24,000 nucleotides of DNA from Kineosphaera limosa NBRC 100340 (lineage in GTDB: Bacteria; Actinomycetota; Actinomycetes; Actinomycetales; Dermatophilaceae): positions 45,484-69,483 of the forward strand of contig NZ_BAHD01000016.1 in assembly GCF_000298215.1 (NCBI RefSeq). Direction: 5' to 3'. Below are positions 15,654-23,416 of the stretch, in pieces (within the stretch, counting starts at the first letter, position 1; every line of letters begins with the position of its first letter). The notes beneath the pieces were generated by a model, which was not told where the DNA came from, searched no databases, and was given only the letters and a program-made list of their open reading frames with translations. The translations under genes and the position numbers were made by a program.

Positions 15654-15701
15654 GGCGCCGGGGTCCGCGGGCTGGGAACGCTGCGCACGTACCCTGACGC
15701 C

Positions 15702-16493
15702 ATGCCCGCACGCACCGGCCGGGAGGCCACCCCACCAGGCAGCGCGCCCGCCGTCGTCCGTGCTATCGCCGTGCTCGACGCGCTGGCCGCCGATGACGCC
15801 GCCTCGATGAGCCTGAGCGACATCGCCCGGGCGATCGGGGTGCCGAAGTCCTCGACGGCCTCGATCTGCGCGGCCCTCGAGCTGGGCGGCCTCCTCGTGC
15901 GCGACAACGGCGAGTTCGCGCTGGGCCGCCGCCTCGTCGAGCTCGGCGGCGCCTACCTGTCCCGCAGCGATCGGGTCCGCGAGTTCTACGCGGCCTGCGT
16001 CGCCGAGCCGCTCCTCGTGGGCGAGACCGTGCGCCTCTGGGCCCTCGGGGGTCGCGACGGCATCTGCCTCGGCCGCTACGACGGGCACCCCCCGGTGCGA
16101 CTCACGGTCAACATCGGCGACCGCCTGCCCGCGTCGGTGACGGCCGCAGGCAAGGTGATGCTCGCCCAGTTCGACGACCACGAGGTGCGCGACCTCTACG
16201 CCGGAACGACGCTCCCCCGGCTCACGGCCGCCTCCCTCAGCTCGATCGACGCCCTCGTCGCCGACCTGCACACGGCCCGCGAAGACGGCTACTGCGTCAG
16301 CGTCGAGGAGGCGTTCGAGTCGGTCGTCGAGCTGGCGGTCGTCGTGCCGTCCCGCGGGACCCGCACCGCGACGATGGCGATCGGCGTCACCCAGCACACC
16401 GTGACCTACACCCCGGAGCACGCCGCGCCGCTGGTCAGCGCCCTGCGCCGGGTCGCCGCAGCCTTGGGTAACCCGATGCAGGTCGCCACCTGA
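15702..16493 (+). CDS. IclR family transcriptional regulator (263 aa)
   Basis: Track ORF 15702..16493(+), starting at ATG. The N-terminal winged HTH is VVRAIAVLDALAADDAASMSLSDIARAIGVPKSSTASICAALELGGLLVRD. The C-terminal effector domain reads ...LPASVTAAGKVMLAQ... Confidence 0.85.
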   Translation: MPARTGREATPPGSAPAVVRAIAVLDALAADDAASMSLSDIARAIGVPKSSTASICAALELGGLLVRDNGEFALGRRLVELGGAYLSRSDRVREFYAACVAEPLLVGETVRLWALGGRDGICLGRYDGHPPVRLTVNIGDRLPASVTAAGKVMLAQFDDHEVRDLYAGTTLPRLTAASLSSIDALVADLHTAREDGYCVSVEEAFESVVELAVVVPSRGTRTATMAIGVTQHTVTYTPEHAAPLVSALRRVAAALGNPMQVAT

Positions 16494-16517
16494 GCGACCC
16501 GTCGTTCAGGGCGCCGC

Positions 16518-17096
16518 TCAGCACCCCAGCGCGGTGTGGATCGCGGCGAAGCCGACCTCCAGCTGAGCGCGATGCCGTTCGACGAGCTCGCAGGGGTTGG
16601 CCAGGTGCCCGGAGGCGTCACGATCGTCGTTCGTCGCGCTGATGGCGATCGGCGGCTCCAGCAGGTTCGCTTTGACGACGCCGAAGACCTGGGTGAGCTG
16701 CTGCGCCGCCATCGAGCCGCCGTGGAAGCCGTAGGTGACGAGCAGCACGGGCTTGTCGCGCCACTCCGCGTACACCGTGTCGATGGCGTTCTTCAGTGGC
16801 GCCGGGTAACCCCCGTTGTACTGCGGCGACACGACGATGACGGCGTCGAGCCCGTCGATCACCCGCGCCCAGGCACGCGTGTGCTCGTGCTGGTAGTCAC
16901 CCAGCGCGGGCATCTTCGGCTCGTCGAGCCACGGCAAGTTGACCTCTGCGAGGTCGATGACGGTGATGTCGGCCTCGGAGCGCAGCCGCGCGAGCTCGGC
17001 GATCTGGTCGGCGAGCTGACGCCCGGCGCGCACCGGACGCGTGCTGCCGACGAGGATGCCGATGACGGGCGTGCGGGGCGTGTCGTCGGCGCTCAT
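16518..17096 (-). CDS. NAD(P)H-dependent FMN reductase family oxidoreductase (192 aa)
   Basis: Track ORF 16518..17096(-). Motifs present: IGILVGSTRPVRAGRQLA, AVIVVSPQYNGGYPAPLKNAID, KPVLLVTYGFHGG. Its start overlaps the pirin stop as ATGA (17093-17096). Confidence 0.85.
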   Translation of the reverse strand: MSADDTPRTPVIGILVGSTRPVRAGRQLADQIAELARLRSEADITVIDLAEVNLPWLDEPKMPALGDYQHEHTRAWARVIDGLDAVIVVSPQYNGGYPAPLKNAIDTVYAEWRDKPVLLVTYGFHGGSMAAQQLTQVFGVVKANLLEPPIAISATNDDRDASGHLANPCELVERHRAQLEVGFAAIHTALGC

Positions 17097-17962
17097 GCCA
17101 GCTGCCCGAACGTGCCGGCGTTGAAGTCCTCGATGGCCTGGACGATCTCGGCTTGGGTGTTCATCGCGAACGGGCCATAGAAGATGACCGGCTCACCGAT
17201 CGGCTCGCCGCCGAGCACGATGACGCGGGCCCCGGCCTCCGGGGCCGTCAGGCGCAGCACGTCGCCGGAGCGCTCGAACAGACCCAGCCGCTCGCGCCCG
17301 ATGGTGCCGCCGTCGGTGCTGACCTGCCCGTCGAGCACGAAGACCATGATCGTGTGCCCGTCGGGCACGGCCAGCTCGGCGGTCTCGTCGACTCCGAGAT
17401 GCACGTCCCACAGCTCGATCGGGGTGTGCGTGCGGGCCGGGCCGCGTTCGCCGTCGAGCTCACCGGCATAGAGGATCACGGTGCCACCGCCGGGCAGCTT
17501 AACGGTGCCCATCGACTCGGCCGTGAGCGCCTGGTAGCCGGGCTCGCTCATCTTGTCCTTGCCGGGCAGATTGACCCACAGCTGCAGCATGTGGAAGCGG
17601 CCGCCCTTGGCCGCCCACTCCTGCTCGTGGAACTCCTTGTGCAGGATGCCCCGCGCGGCCGTCATCCACTGCGCGTCGCCGGGGTAGATGACGCCGCCGC
17701 CACCGGTCGAGTCGTGATGGGCCACGGCCCCTTCGAACGCGAGGGTGACCGTCTCGAACCCCCGGTGCGGGTGCGGCCCGACGCCGCGCTGCCGCGTCGT
17801 CGGCGGATACTCGCGCACCGGGTTGTAGTCCATCAGCAGGAACGGGTCCGCAGCCTGCTGCAACTGCGGCGTGCCGGGCAGCAACTGCGTGACGTAGAAG
17901 CCGTCACCCACCCAATGGAATCCGTCGCCGGCGTGGACCGAGGCGAGCGTGCGTTCGGTCAT
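17093..17962 (-). CDS. Pirin family protein (bicupin, 289 aa)
   Basis: Track ORF 17093..17962(-). Motifs present: PFLLMDY, GVGPHPHRGFETVTLAFEGAVAHHDSTG, AQWMTAARGILHKEF, LQLWVNLP, and the C-terminal FYGPFAMNTQAEIVQAIEDFNAG. Confidence 0.9.
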   Translation of the reverse strand: MTERTLASVHAGDGFHWVGDGFYVTQLLPGTPQLQQAADPFLLMDYNPVREYPPTTRQRGVGPHPHRGFETVTLAFEGAVAHHDSTGGGGVIYPGDAQWMTAARGILHKEFHEQEWAAKGGRFHMLQLWVNLPGKDKMSEPGYQALTAESMGTVKLPGGGTVILYAGELDGERGPARTHTPIELWDVHLGVDETAELAVPDGHTIMVFVLDGQVSTDGGTIGRERLGLFERSGDVLRLTAPEAGARVIVLGGEPIGEPVIFYGPFAMNTQAEIVQAIEDFNAGTFGQLA

Positions 17963-18101
17963 CGATGCGTCCTCTCCGAGTGCGTGGCCCTCTCGACTCG
18001 TCCTATCACGGCGTCACGGTCGCGCGGCCGGCTAGCTCGCGGCTCCAGGAAGTGGCCGGTCAGCCAATCCGGAAGGCGTTCCGCGACGATTCTTCTGGCC
18101 G

Positions 18102-18127
18102 ACCTATTGAACTCTGTTCGCCCTATC
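18102..18127. promoter_or_regulatory. Candidate operator upstream of the MFS-dehydrogenase operon: CCTAT-t-GAAC-tct-GTTC-gc-CCTAT
   Basis: Read directly. An inverted GAAC/GTTC core (18109-18119) is flanked by direct CCTAT repeats. It sits in the least GC-rich part of the 225-bp divergent gap between the pirin and MFS genes. I cannot identify a cognate regulator. Confidence 0.3.
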
Positions 18128-18187
18128 GGACACACTGGGACTCATGAGGCGCACAGTGGGGTGCGCCCGAGCCCCCGAGGAGACGCC

Positions 18188-19528
18188 GTGAGCGCCCCGA
18201 CCCGAACGACAACCGAGCACCAGGTAGACCCCGTCCAGTTGCGCCGTGCCACCCTGGCCGGCTCGGTGGGATCGGCACTGGAGTACTACGACTTCTACAT
18301 TTACGGTCTGGCCAGCGCGCTGATCTTCGGCAAGCTGTTCTTCGAGCCGCTCGGTCCGGCGGGCGGCACCATCGCCGCTTTCGGCACCTACGCCGTCGGC
18401 TTCGCCGCCCGCCCCATCGGCGGCATCTTCTTCGGTGCCCTCGGCGACCGGGTCGGCCGCAAGTTCGTGCTCATCGCGACGATCGCGCTCATGGGCGGAG
18501 CCAGCATGCTCATCGGCCTGCTCCCCACCTACGCCACGGCGGGCATCATCGCCCCCATCCTCCTGGTGCTCCTGCGCATTCTCCAGGGCCTCGGGGCCGG
18601 CGCCGAACAAGCCGGCGCGACCGTCCTCATCAGCGAATTCGCGCCCCCGCGCCGCCGCGGCTTCTTCGCCGCGCTGCCCTTCGTCGGCATCCAGGTCGGC
18701 ACCCTGCTCGGCGCCGGCACGTTCGCTCTCCTGCAGGTCGCGCACCCCGACCTGACCCAGACGTGGTGGTGGCGCGTGCCCTTCCTGCTCGGCTTCGTCT
18801 TGATCATCGTGGCGGTGCTCATCCGGCTCAAGCTCAAGGAGTCGCCGACCTTCCAGGAGTTCGCGGAGCACCAAGCCGAGACCCACAAGCAGTCCGTGGG
18901 TCAGGCCATCGCCTCGTCGAAGAAGAACATCCTCATCGGCATCGGCCTGCGCATGGCCGAGAACGGCAACTCCTCGATCTACTCGGCCCTGCTGCTCGCG
19001 TTCGTCGGATCCCTGGAGGTCTTCGCGGGCCACCGGGCCACGATCGGCACACAGGGCGCCGTCGTCGCCGCCTTCGTGTCGATCTTCACGGTCGTCCTCT
19101 TCGGGCACCTGTCCGACCGGTACGGACGGGTGGCGATCTACCGCTACGGCGCGCTGTTCCAGGCGATCATCGCCTTCCCCGCCTTCTATCTGCTGACCCT
19201 CGGCCAGTTGTGGCTCGTGCTGCTCGTCATGGCGATCGGCATCGGCATCGGCGTCCAGGCGATGCTCGGCCCACAGTGCGCGCTGCTGCCCGAACTCTTC
19301 GGCAACACCCACCGCTACACCGGGGTCGCCACCGCTCGGGAGTTCTCCGCCGTCATCGCCGGCGGCATCGCCCCGCTGCTCGGCGCCGTCTTCCTCGTCG
19401 CCTCCGGCAACGCCTGGTGGGTCATCGGTCTCTACTCTTTCGTGCTGAGCCTCATCACCTTTGCCACCACCTTCGTCACGCCCGAGACCGCGGGGCGTGA
19501 CCTCAACCTCATCGAGGACGCCTCATGA
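18188..19528 (+). CDS. MFS transporter, metabolite:H+ symporter (MHS) family (446 aa)
   Basis: Track ORF 17153..19528(+), trimmed to GTG 18188, with GAGGAG 6 nt upstream. The upstream 345 codons are antisense to the pirin gene. The sequence reads VSAPTRTT...LAGSVGSALEYYDFYIYGLASALIFGKLFF...FGALGDRVGRKFVLIATIALMGGASMLIGLLPTY...LRILQGLGAGAEQAG, typical of ProP/KgtP/ShiA-like MHS carriers. Confidence 0.88.
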   Translation: MSAPTRTTTEHQVDPVQLRRATLAGSVGSALEYYDFYIYGLASALIFGKLFFEPLGPAGGTIAAFGTYAVGFAARPIGGIFFGALGDRVGRKFVLIATIALMGGASMLIGLLPTYATAGIIAPILLVLLRILQGLGAGAEQAGATVLISEFAPPRRRGFFAALPFVGIQVGTLLGAGTFALLQVAHPDLTQTWWWRVPFLLGFVLIIVAVLIRLKLKESPTFQEFAEHQAETHKQSVGQAIASSKKNILIGIGLRMAENGNSSIYSALLLAFVGSLEVFAGHRATIGTQGAVVAAFVSIFTVVLFGHLSDRYGRVAIYRYGALFQAIIAFPAFYLLTLGQLWLVLLVMAIGIGIGVQAMLGPQCALLPELFGNTHRYTGVATAREFSAVIAGGIAPLLGAVFLVASGNAWWVIGLYSFVLSLITFATTFVTPETAGRDLNLIEDAS

Positions 19529-20624
19529 CGACCCAGCCCAACCGCACCGAAGCCGGACACGCCTCGGCAACCACGTCCCCGTCCGCCGCGACCCGGGTGC
19601 GCGTCGTGATTGCCACCCCGCTGCGCCCTGAACTCGTGCAGCGCATCGTCGCCGTCGACCCGCGCGTCGAGGTCGTCGTCGACCACGACCTGCTGCCACC
19701 GATGCGCTGCCCCGCCGATCACGCGGGCGACCCGAGCTTTCGCCGCACGCCGGAGCAGCAGCAGCGCTTCGAGAAGATGCTCGCCGCCGCCGACGTCATC
19801 TACGGGATCCCTGGCGTGGACCCGGCTCAGATTGCCCCGACCGTGCGCGCCAACCCGGGCCTGAAGTGGCTCACGACGATGGCTGCCGGCGGTGGGGCCG
19901 CGGTCGCCGCCGCCGGGCTCACCCCCGAGGAGTTGGAGCGGGTCACCTTCACGACGTCGGCCGGCGTGCACGGCGTGCCGCTCGCTGAATGGGCTTTGTT
20001 CGGCATCATGGCCGGCGCGAAGGAGCTCCCGCGACTGCTCGCCGACCAGGCGGCCCACCACTGGCCCGAGCGGGTCGTCTCCCGCCCGATCGAGGGCAGC
20101 ACCGTGCTCGTCCTCGGCCTCGGCGGCATCGGTGAGCAGGTCGCGCGCCTGTCCCGCGCCCTGGGGTGCTCGGCGCGAGCCGCTCGGCGACCCCGGTCGA
20201 GGGCGTGCAGGTGCACACGGTCGCCGACCTGCCCGACATCATCGGGGAGGCCGACCACATCGTCGTCACCCTGCCCGGCACCGCACAGACCGAAGGCCTG
20301 CTCGGCGACGAACTGCTCGCCCGCGTCAAGCCCGGAGTCACCGTCGTCAACGTCGGACGCGGCACGGTCATCGACGAGCCGGCCCTGATCGCGGCGCTGC
20401 AGGACGGACGGGTCGGGTTCGCGGCCCTCGACGTCACCGCCGTCGAACCGCTCCCGGCCGACTCCCCCCTGTGGGACCTACCCCACGTGCTCATCAGCCC
20501 GCACACCGCCGCGCTCGACGTGCGCGAGGAGGAGCGGATCTGCGACCAGTTCTGCGACAACCTGCGCGCCTTCCTCGCCGGTCGGCCGCTCGCCAACGTC
20601 GTCGACCCGGCCGCCGGCTACTGA
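19525..20624 (+). pseudogene. D-isomer-specific 2-hydroxyacid dehydrogenase, reading frame broken near 20163-20167
   Basis: Track ORF 19525..20388(+) gives sensible sequence up to the NAD-binding loop and helix (STVLVLGLGGIGEQVARLSRALG), then turns into Arg/Pro/Ser-rich nonsense. Track ORF 20166..20624(+), in the -1 frame, continues the family sequence. It reads VLGASRSATPVEGVQVHTVADLPDIIGEADHIVVTLPGT...VVNVGRGTVIDEPALIAALQDGRVGFAALDVTAVEPLPADSPLWDLPHVLISPHTAA. One extra G in the G4 run at 20163-20166 would fuse the two as ...ALGVLGASRS.... The start ATG 19525 overlaps the MFS stop as ATGA. Confidence 0.75.
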
Positions 20625-20667
20625 CCTCGATCCACCCATCACACGCTGTCGTGTGGAAAGGAATCTC

Positions 20668-21438
20668 GTGAACCACCCCCTGTTCGACATCACCGGGCGC
20701 GTCGCGCTCGTGACGGGCTCCTCCAAAGGGATCGGCCGCGCCCATGCCCAGGGCCTGCTCGAGGCCGGCGCGGTCGTCGTCCTCAACGCCCGCGGGCAGG
20801 AGGCGCTCGAGCGCACCCGCGACGAGCTCGCCGAGCTGACCGGCGGCACCGTGCACGCCGTCGCCTTCGACGTCACCGACGGCGCGGCCGCGGCCGCCGG
20901 GCTCGAGCGCGTCGCCGAGCTCGCCGGGCCCGTCGACATCCTCGTCAACAACGCCGGGATGCAGCACCGCGCGCCGATCACCGAGTTCACCGACGAGGCG
21001 TGGCAGGCGCTCCTGCAGACGAACATCACGAGCGCCTTCGTCATGTCCCGCGCCGTCGCACCGGGGATGATCGAGCGGGGCCGCGGCAAGATCGTCAACA
21101 TCTGCTCGGTCCAGACCGAGCTCGCCCGCCCCGGCATCGCCGCCTACTCGGCCACGAAGGGCGCGCTGAAGATGCTGACCCGCGGCCTGTGCGCCGACCT
21201 CGCCGTCCACGGCATCCAGGTCAACGGGCTGGCGCCGGGCTACTTCGCCACCGAGCTGACCTCGGCCCTCGTGGCCGACAAGGACTTCACCGCCTGGGTC
21301 GAGAAGCGGACCCCCGCCGGGCGCTGGGGCGACGTCAAGGACCTCGTCGGCACCCTGGTCTATCTCTCCAGCCCCGCGTCGAACTTCGTCAACGGGCAGG
21401 TCGTCTTCGTCGACGGCGGAATGACGAGCGTGCTCTGA
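20668..21438 (+). CDS. idnO: SDR family gluconate 5-dehydrogenase / 5-keto-D-gluconate 5-reductase (256 aa)
   Basis: Track ORF 20653..21438(+), trimmed to GTG 20668, with GGAAAGGA 6 nt upstream. The match to E. coli IdnO as I recall it is high. Matching segments: LFDITGRVALVTGSSKGIG, DILVNNAGMQHRAPITEF, KIVNICSVQTELARPGIAAYSATKGALKMLTRGLCADLAVHGIQVNGLAPGYFATELT, FTAWVEKRTPAGRWGD, SNFVNGQVVFVDGGM. Confidence 0.85.
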   Translation: MNHPLFDITGRVALVTGSSKGIGRAHAQGLLEAGAVVVLNARGQEALERTRDELAELTGGTVHAVAFDVTDGAAAAAGLERVAELAGPVDILVNNAGMQHRAPITEFTDEAWQALLQTNITSAFVMSRAVAPGMIERGRGKIVNICSVQTELARPGIAAYSATKGALKMLTRGLCADLAVHGIQVNGLAPGYFATELTSALVADKDFTAWVEKRTPAGRWGDVKDLVGTLVYLSSPASNFVNGQVVFVDGGMTSVL

Positions 21439-22520
21439 TGTCACACTCTTCTGTGCTCTCTTCTGCGCCCACGTCCTCCGGGATGCTGGCGTGCGTCGTT
21501 CACGGGGCGCACGACCTGCGGATCGACACCATCCCCGCCCCCGAGCCCGGGCCCGGCCTCGTCGCCATCGACGTCGCCTACGGCGGGGTGTGCGGCTCCG
21601 ACATGCACTACGTCAACCATGGCGGCATCGGCGACTTCCCGCTGCAGGAGCCCATGGTCCTCGGGCACGAGGTCTCCGGCACGGTCGCGGCGCTCGGCGA
21701 CGGGGCGCAGGCGCCGGCCGTCGGCACGCCGGTCACCGTGTACCCGGCGAGCCCGTGCGGTGTCTGCCCCGAGTGCCTCGACGGGCGGGCCAATGTCTGC
21801 CGCGACACCCGCTACCTCGGCAGCTCGATGCGCTTCCCGCACACGCAGGGCGGCTTCGCGCAGCGGATCGTCGTGCGGCCCGACCAGGTCGTGGCCCTCC
21901 CCGACGGACTCGACCTGCGCCGCGGGGCGCTCGCCGAGCCGCTCTCGGTCGCGCTGCACGCCGTGCGGCGGGCCGGGGACGTGCGCGGCAAGCGGGTGCT
22001 CGTCACCGGCGCGGGGCCGATCGGGGCGCTCGTCGTCGCCGTCCTGGCCCATGAGGGTGCCGCGCAGATCGTCGTGAGCGACCTCGTCGACGGCGCGCTG
22101 GCGATCAGCCGGGCCGTCGGTGCGACCGCGACCGTGCGGGCCGACGACCCGGCCGACCCGAACTGGCCCGACGAGGTCGACATCGCGATCGACGCCTCCG
22201 GCTCGCCGCACGGCGTCGCCGCCGGTGCGGCCAGGCTCGTGCGTGGCGGTCGGCTCGTGCTGCTCGGCATCCTCCCGCCGGGGCAGACGCCGTTCCCCGG
22301 GAATCTCGTCGTCACCCGCGAGCTCGAGGTCGTCGGCGCGTTCCGCTTCCACGACGAGATCCACGACGCCGTGCGGCTGCTCGCCGACGGGCTCGACGTC
22401 GACGCCGTCATCACCGGTGTCGTGCCGCTGCACGAGGCGAGCCGCGCCTTCGAGATGGCCGCCGACCGCGCGAGCAGCAGCAAGGTGCTCCTCGATCTGC
22501 GCGCCGGGAGCTCGTCGTGA
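21438..22520 (+). CDS. idnD: Zn-dependent medium-chain dehydrogenase, L-idonate 5-dehydrogenase-like (360 aa)
   Basis: Track ORF 21000..22520(+), trimmed to ATG 21438, which overlaps the idnO stop as TGATG. ATG 21483 (MLACVVHG) is an alternative start. Motifs present: GGVCGSDMHY, PMVLGHEVSGTV, PCGVCPECLDGRANVC, RYLGSSMRFPHTQGGFAQ (compare E. coli IdnD RFFGSAMYFPHVDGGF), AEPLSVALHA, VLVTGAGPIG. Confidence 0.8.
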   Translation: MSHSSVLSSAPTSSGMLACVVHGAHDLRIDTIPAPEPGPGLVAIDVAYGGVCGSDMHYVNHGGIGDFPLQEPMVLGHEVSGTVAALGDGAQAPAVGTPVTVYPASPCGVCPECLDGRANVCRDTRYLGSSMRFPHTQGGFAQRIVVRPDQVVALPDGLDLRRGALAEPLSVALHAVRRAGDVRGKRVLVTGAGPIGALVVAVLAHEGAAQIVVSDLVDGALAISRAVGATATVRADDPADPNWPDEVDIAIDASGSPHGVAAGAARLVRGGRLVLLGILPPGQTPFPGNLVVTRELEVVGAFRFHDEIHDAVRLLADGLDVDAVITGVVPLHEASRAFEMAADRASSSKVLLDLRAGSSS

Positions 22521-23416
22521 GCGAGGCCGTCGGCGTCATCGGGCTCGGGCTCATGGGCCAGCCCGTGGCGGCGAATCTCGCTGCGGCCGGCCACGACGTC
22601 CGCGCCTGGAACCGCCGCGACGTCGGGTTGACCGACGCCGAGGCCCACCCTGTCGGCGGCGGCTCGATCCGCGTCGTCGACGACCTCGCCGACCTGGGCC
22701 GTGACTGCCCCGTCGTCCTCAGCCTGCTCCCCGACCTGCCGCCGCTCGAGGCGCTCCTGCCCGAGCTGCTCGGCGAGGGCAGCCGCGTGCGCACCCTTGT
22801 CGTCATGAGCACCGTGTCGCCGGTGCGGGTCGCCGAGATCGCGCGCGAACTCGCCGCCCGGGGCGTCACCGTCGTCGACGCCCCGATGAGCGGCGGGGTC
22901 GCTGGGGCGCAGGCGGGGACGCTGTCGATCATGATCGGCGGCCCCACCGGCGCCGTCACCGACCTCGACCCGTTGTTCCACTGCGTCGGTACAACGGTTG
23001 TCCGCCTCGGCGACGTCGGCGCCGGCTCGCTCGCCAAGGCGTGCAACCAGATGGTCGTGGCCGGCACCCTCACCGCGCTGGCCGAGGCGATGGTGCTCGC
23101 CGAGCGCAGTGGTCTCGACCGCGCCGCGGTCCTCGACATCCTCGGCGGCGGCCTGGCGGCCTCCGAAGTCCTCCGGCAGAAGGCCGACGCGTTGGCCACC
23201 GACGACTTCACCCCGTCGGGCCCCACCCGTTACCTGCTCAAGGACCTGACCTTCGCCCGCGACGCCGCCGCCGCGAGCGGAACCTCCCTGCCTCAGCTCG
23301 AGGTCCTCCGCGACCTCTTCGACACCCTCGTGACCGACGGCGAGGGTGACGCCGATAGCGCAGTGGTCCTCGACACCCTGCGCCGCATCAGCAGGCCGCC
23401 GGCACAGCACTCGTAG
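22517..23416 (+). CDS. NAD(P)-dependent beta-hydroxyacid dehydrogenase (3-hydroxyisobutyrate / tartronate-semialdehyde reductase family, 299 aa)
   Basis: Track ORF 22517..23416(+). The GTG start overlaps the idnD stop as GTGA. Motifs present: VGVIGLGLMGQPVAANLAAAGHDVRAWNR, VDAPMSGGVAGAQAGTLSIMIGG, GAGSLAKACNQMVVAGTLTALAEAMVLAE, YLLKDL. Confidence 0.85.
   Translation: MSEAVGVIGLGLMGQPVAANLAAAGHDVRAWNRRDVGLTDAEAHPVGGGSIRVVDDLADLGRDCPVVLSLLPDLPPLEALLPELLGEGSRVRTLVVMSTVSPVRVAEIARELAARGVTVVDAPMSGGVAGAQAGTLSIMIGGPTGAVTDLDPLFHCVGTTVVRLGDVGAGSLAKACNQMVVAGTLTALAEAMVLAERSGLDRAAVLDILGGGLAASEVLRQKADALATDDFTPSGPTRYLLKDLTFARDAAAASGTSLPQLEVLRDLFDTLVTDGEGDADSAVVLDTLRRISRPPAQHS

Noticed and set aside
12711-16421. 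1236-aa ORF on the minus strand
   Set aside because: It is entirely antisense to aceE and the IclR gene, both of which have unmistakable family sequence. Its translation is Arg/Gly/Val/Asp-rich shadow sequence, the usual GC-rich antisense artefact.
16490-16521. Possible bidirectional terminator between the IclR gene and the FMN reductase gene (CTGAGCG ... CGCTCAG)
   Set aside because: It has only a 7-bp stem and an 18-nt loop, built partly from the two stop codons, with no U-tract. This is too weak to distinguish from chance in GC-rich DNA.
17153-18187. Upstream 345 codons of track ORF 17153..19528(+) (791 aa), and the antisense ORF 18104..19312(-)
   Set aside because: The upstream part is antisense to the pirin gene and crosses the intergenic region. 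MFS-like sequence starts only after GTG 18188, which has a good RBS. The minus-strand ORF is the shadow of the MFS gene.
20166-20624. Treating 20166..20624 as an independent small gene (152 aa) and 19525..20388 as a separate full gene
   Set aside because: The first ORF contains only the substrate-binding domain plus the GxGxxG loop. The second contains only the remainder of the NAD domain and the catalytic R/E/H region. Neither is a complete fold, and the last ~74 codons of the first ORF are out-of-frame nonsense. A single frameshifted gene is the simpler reading.
21000-21437. 5' extension of the IdnD-like ORF (track 21000..22520), and the antisense ORFs 21441..22433(-), 21812..23452(-) and 20494..21444(-)
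   Set aside because: The extension is an alternative frame of the IdnO-like gene and reads as Arg/Pro-rich nonsense. ATG 21438 overlaps the upstream stop. The minus-strand ORFs are shadows of well-supported plus-strand dehydrogenase genes.
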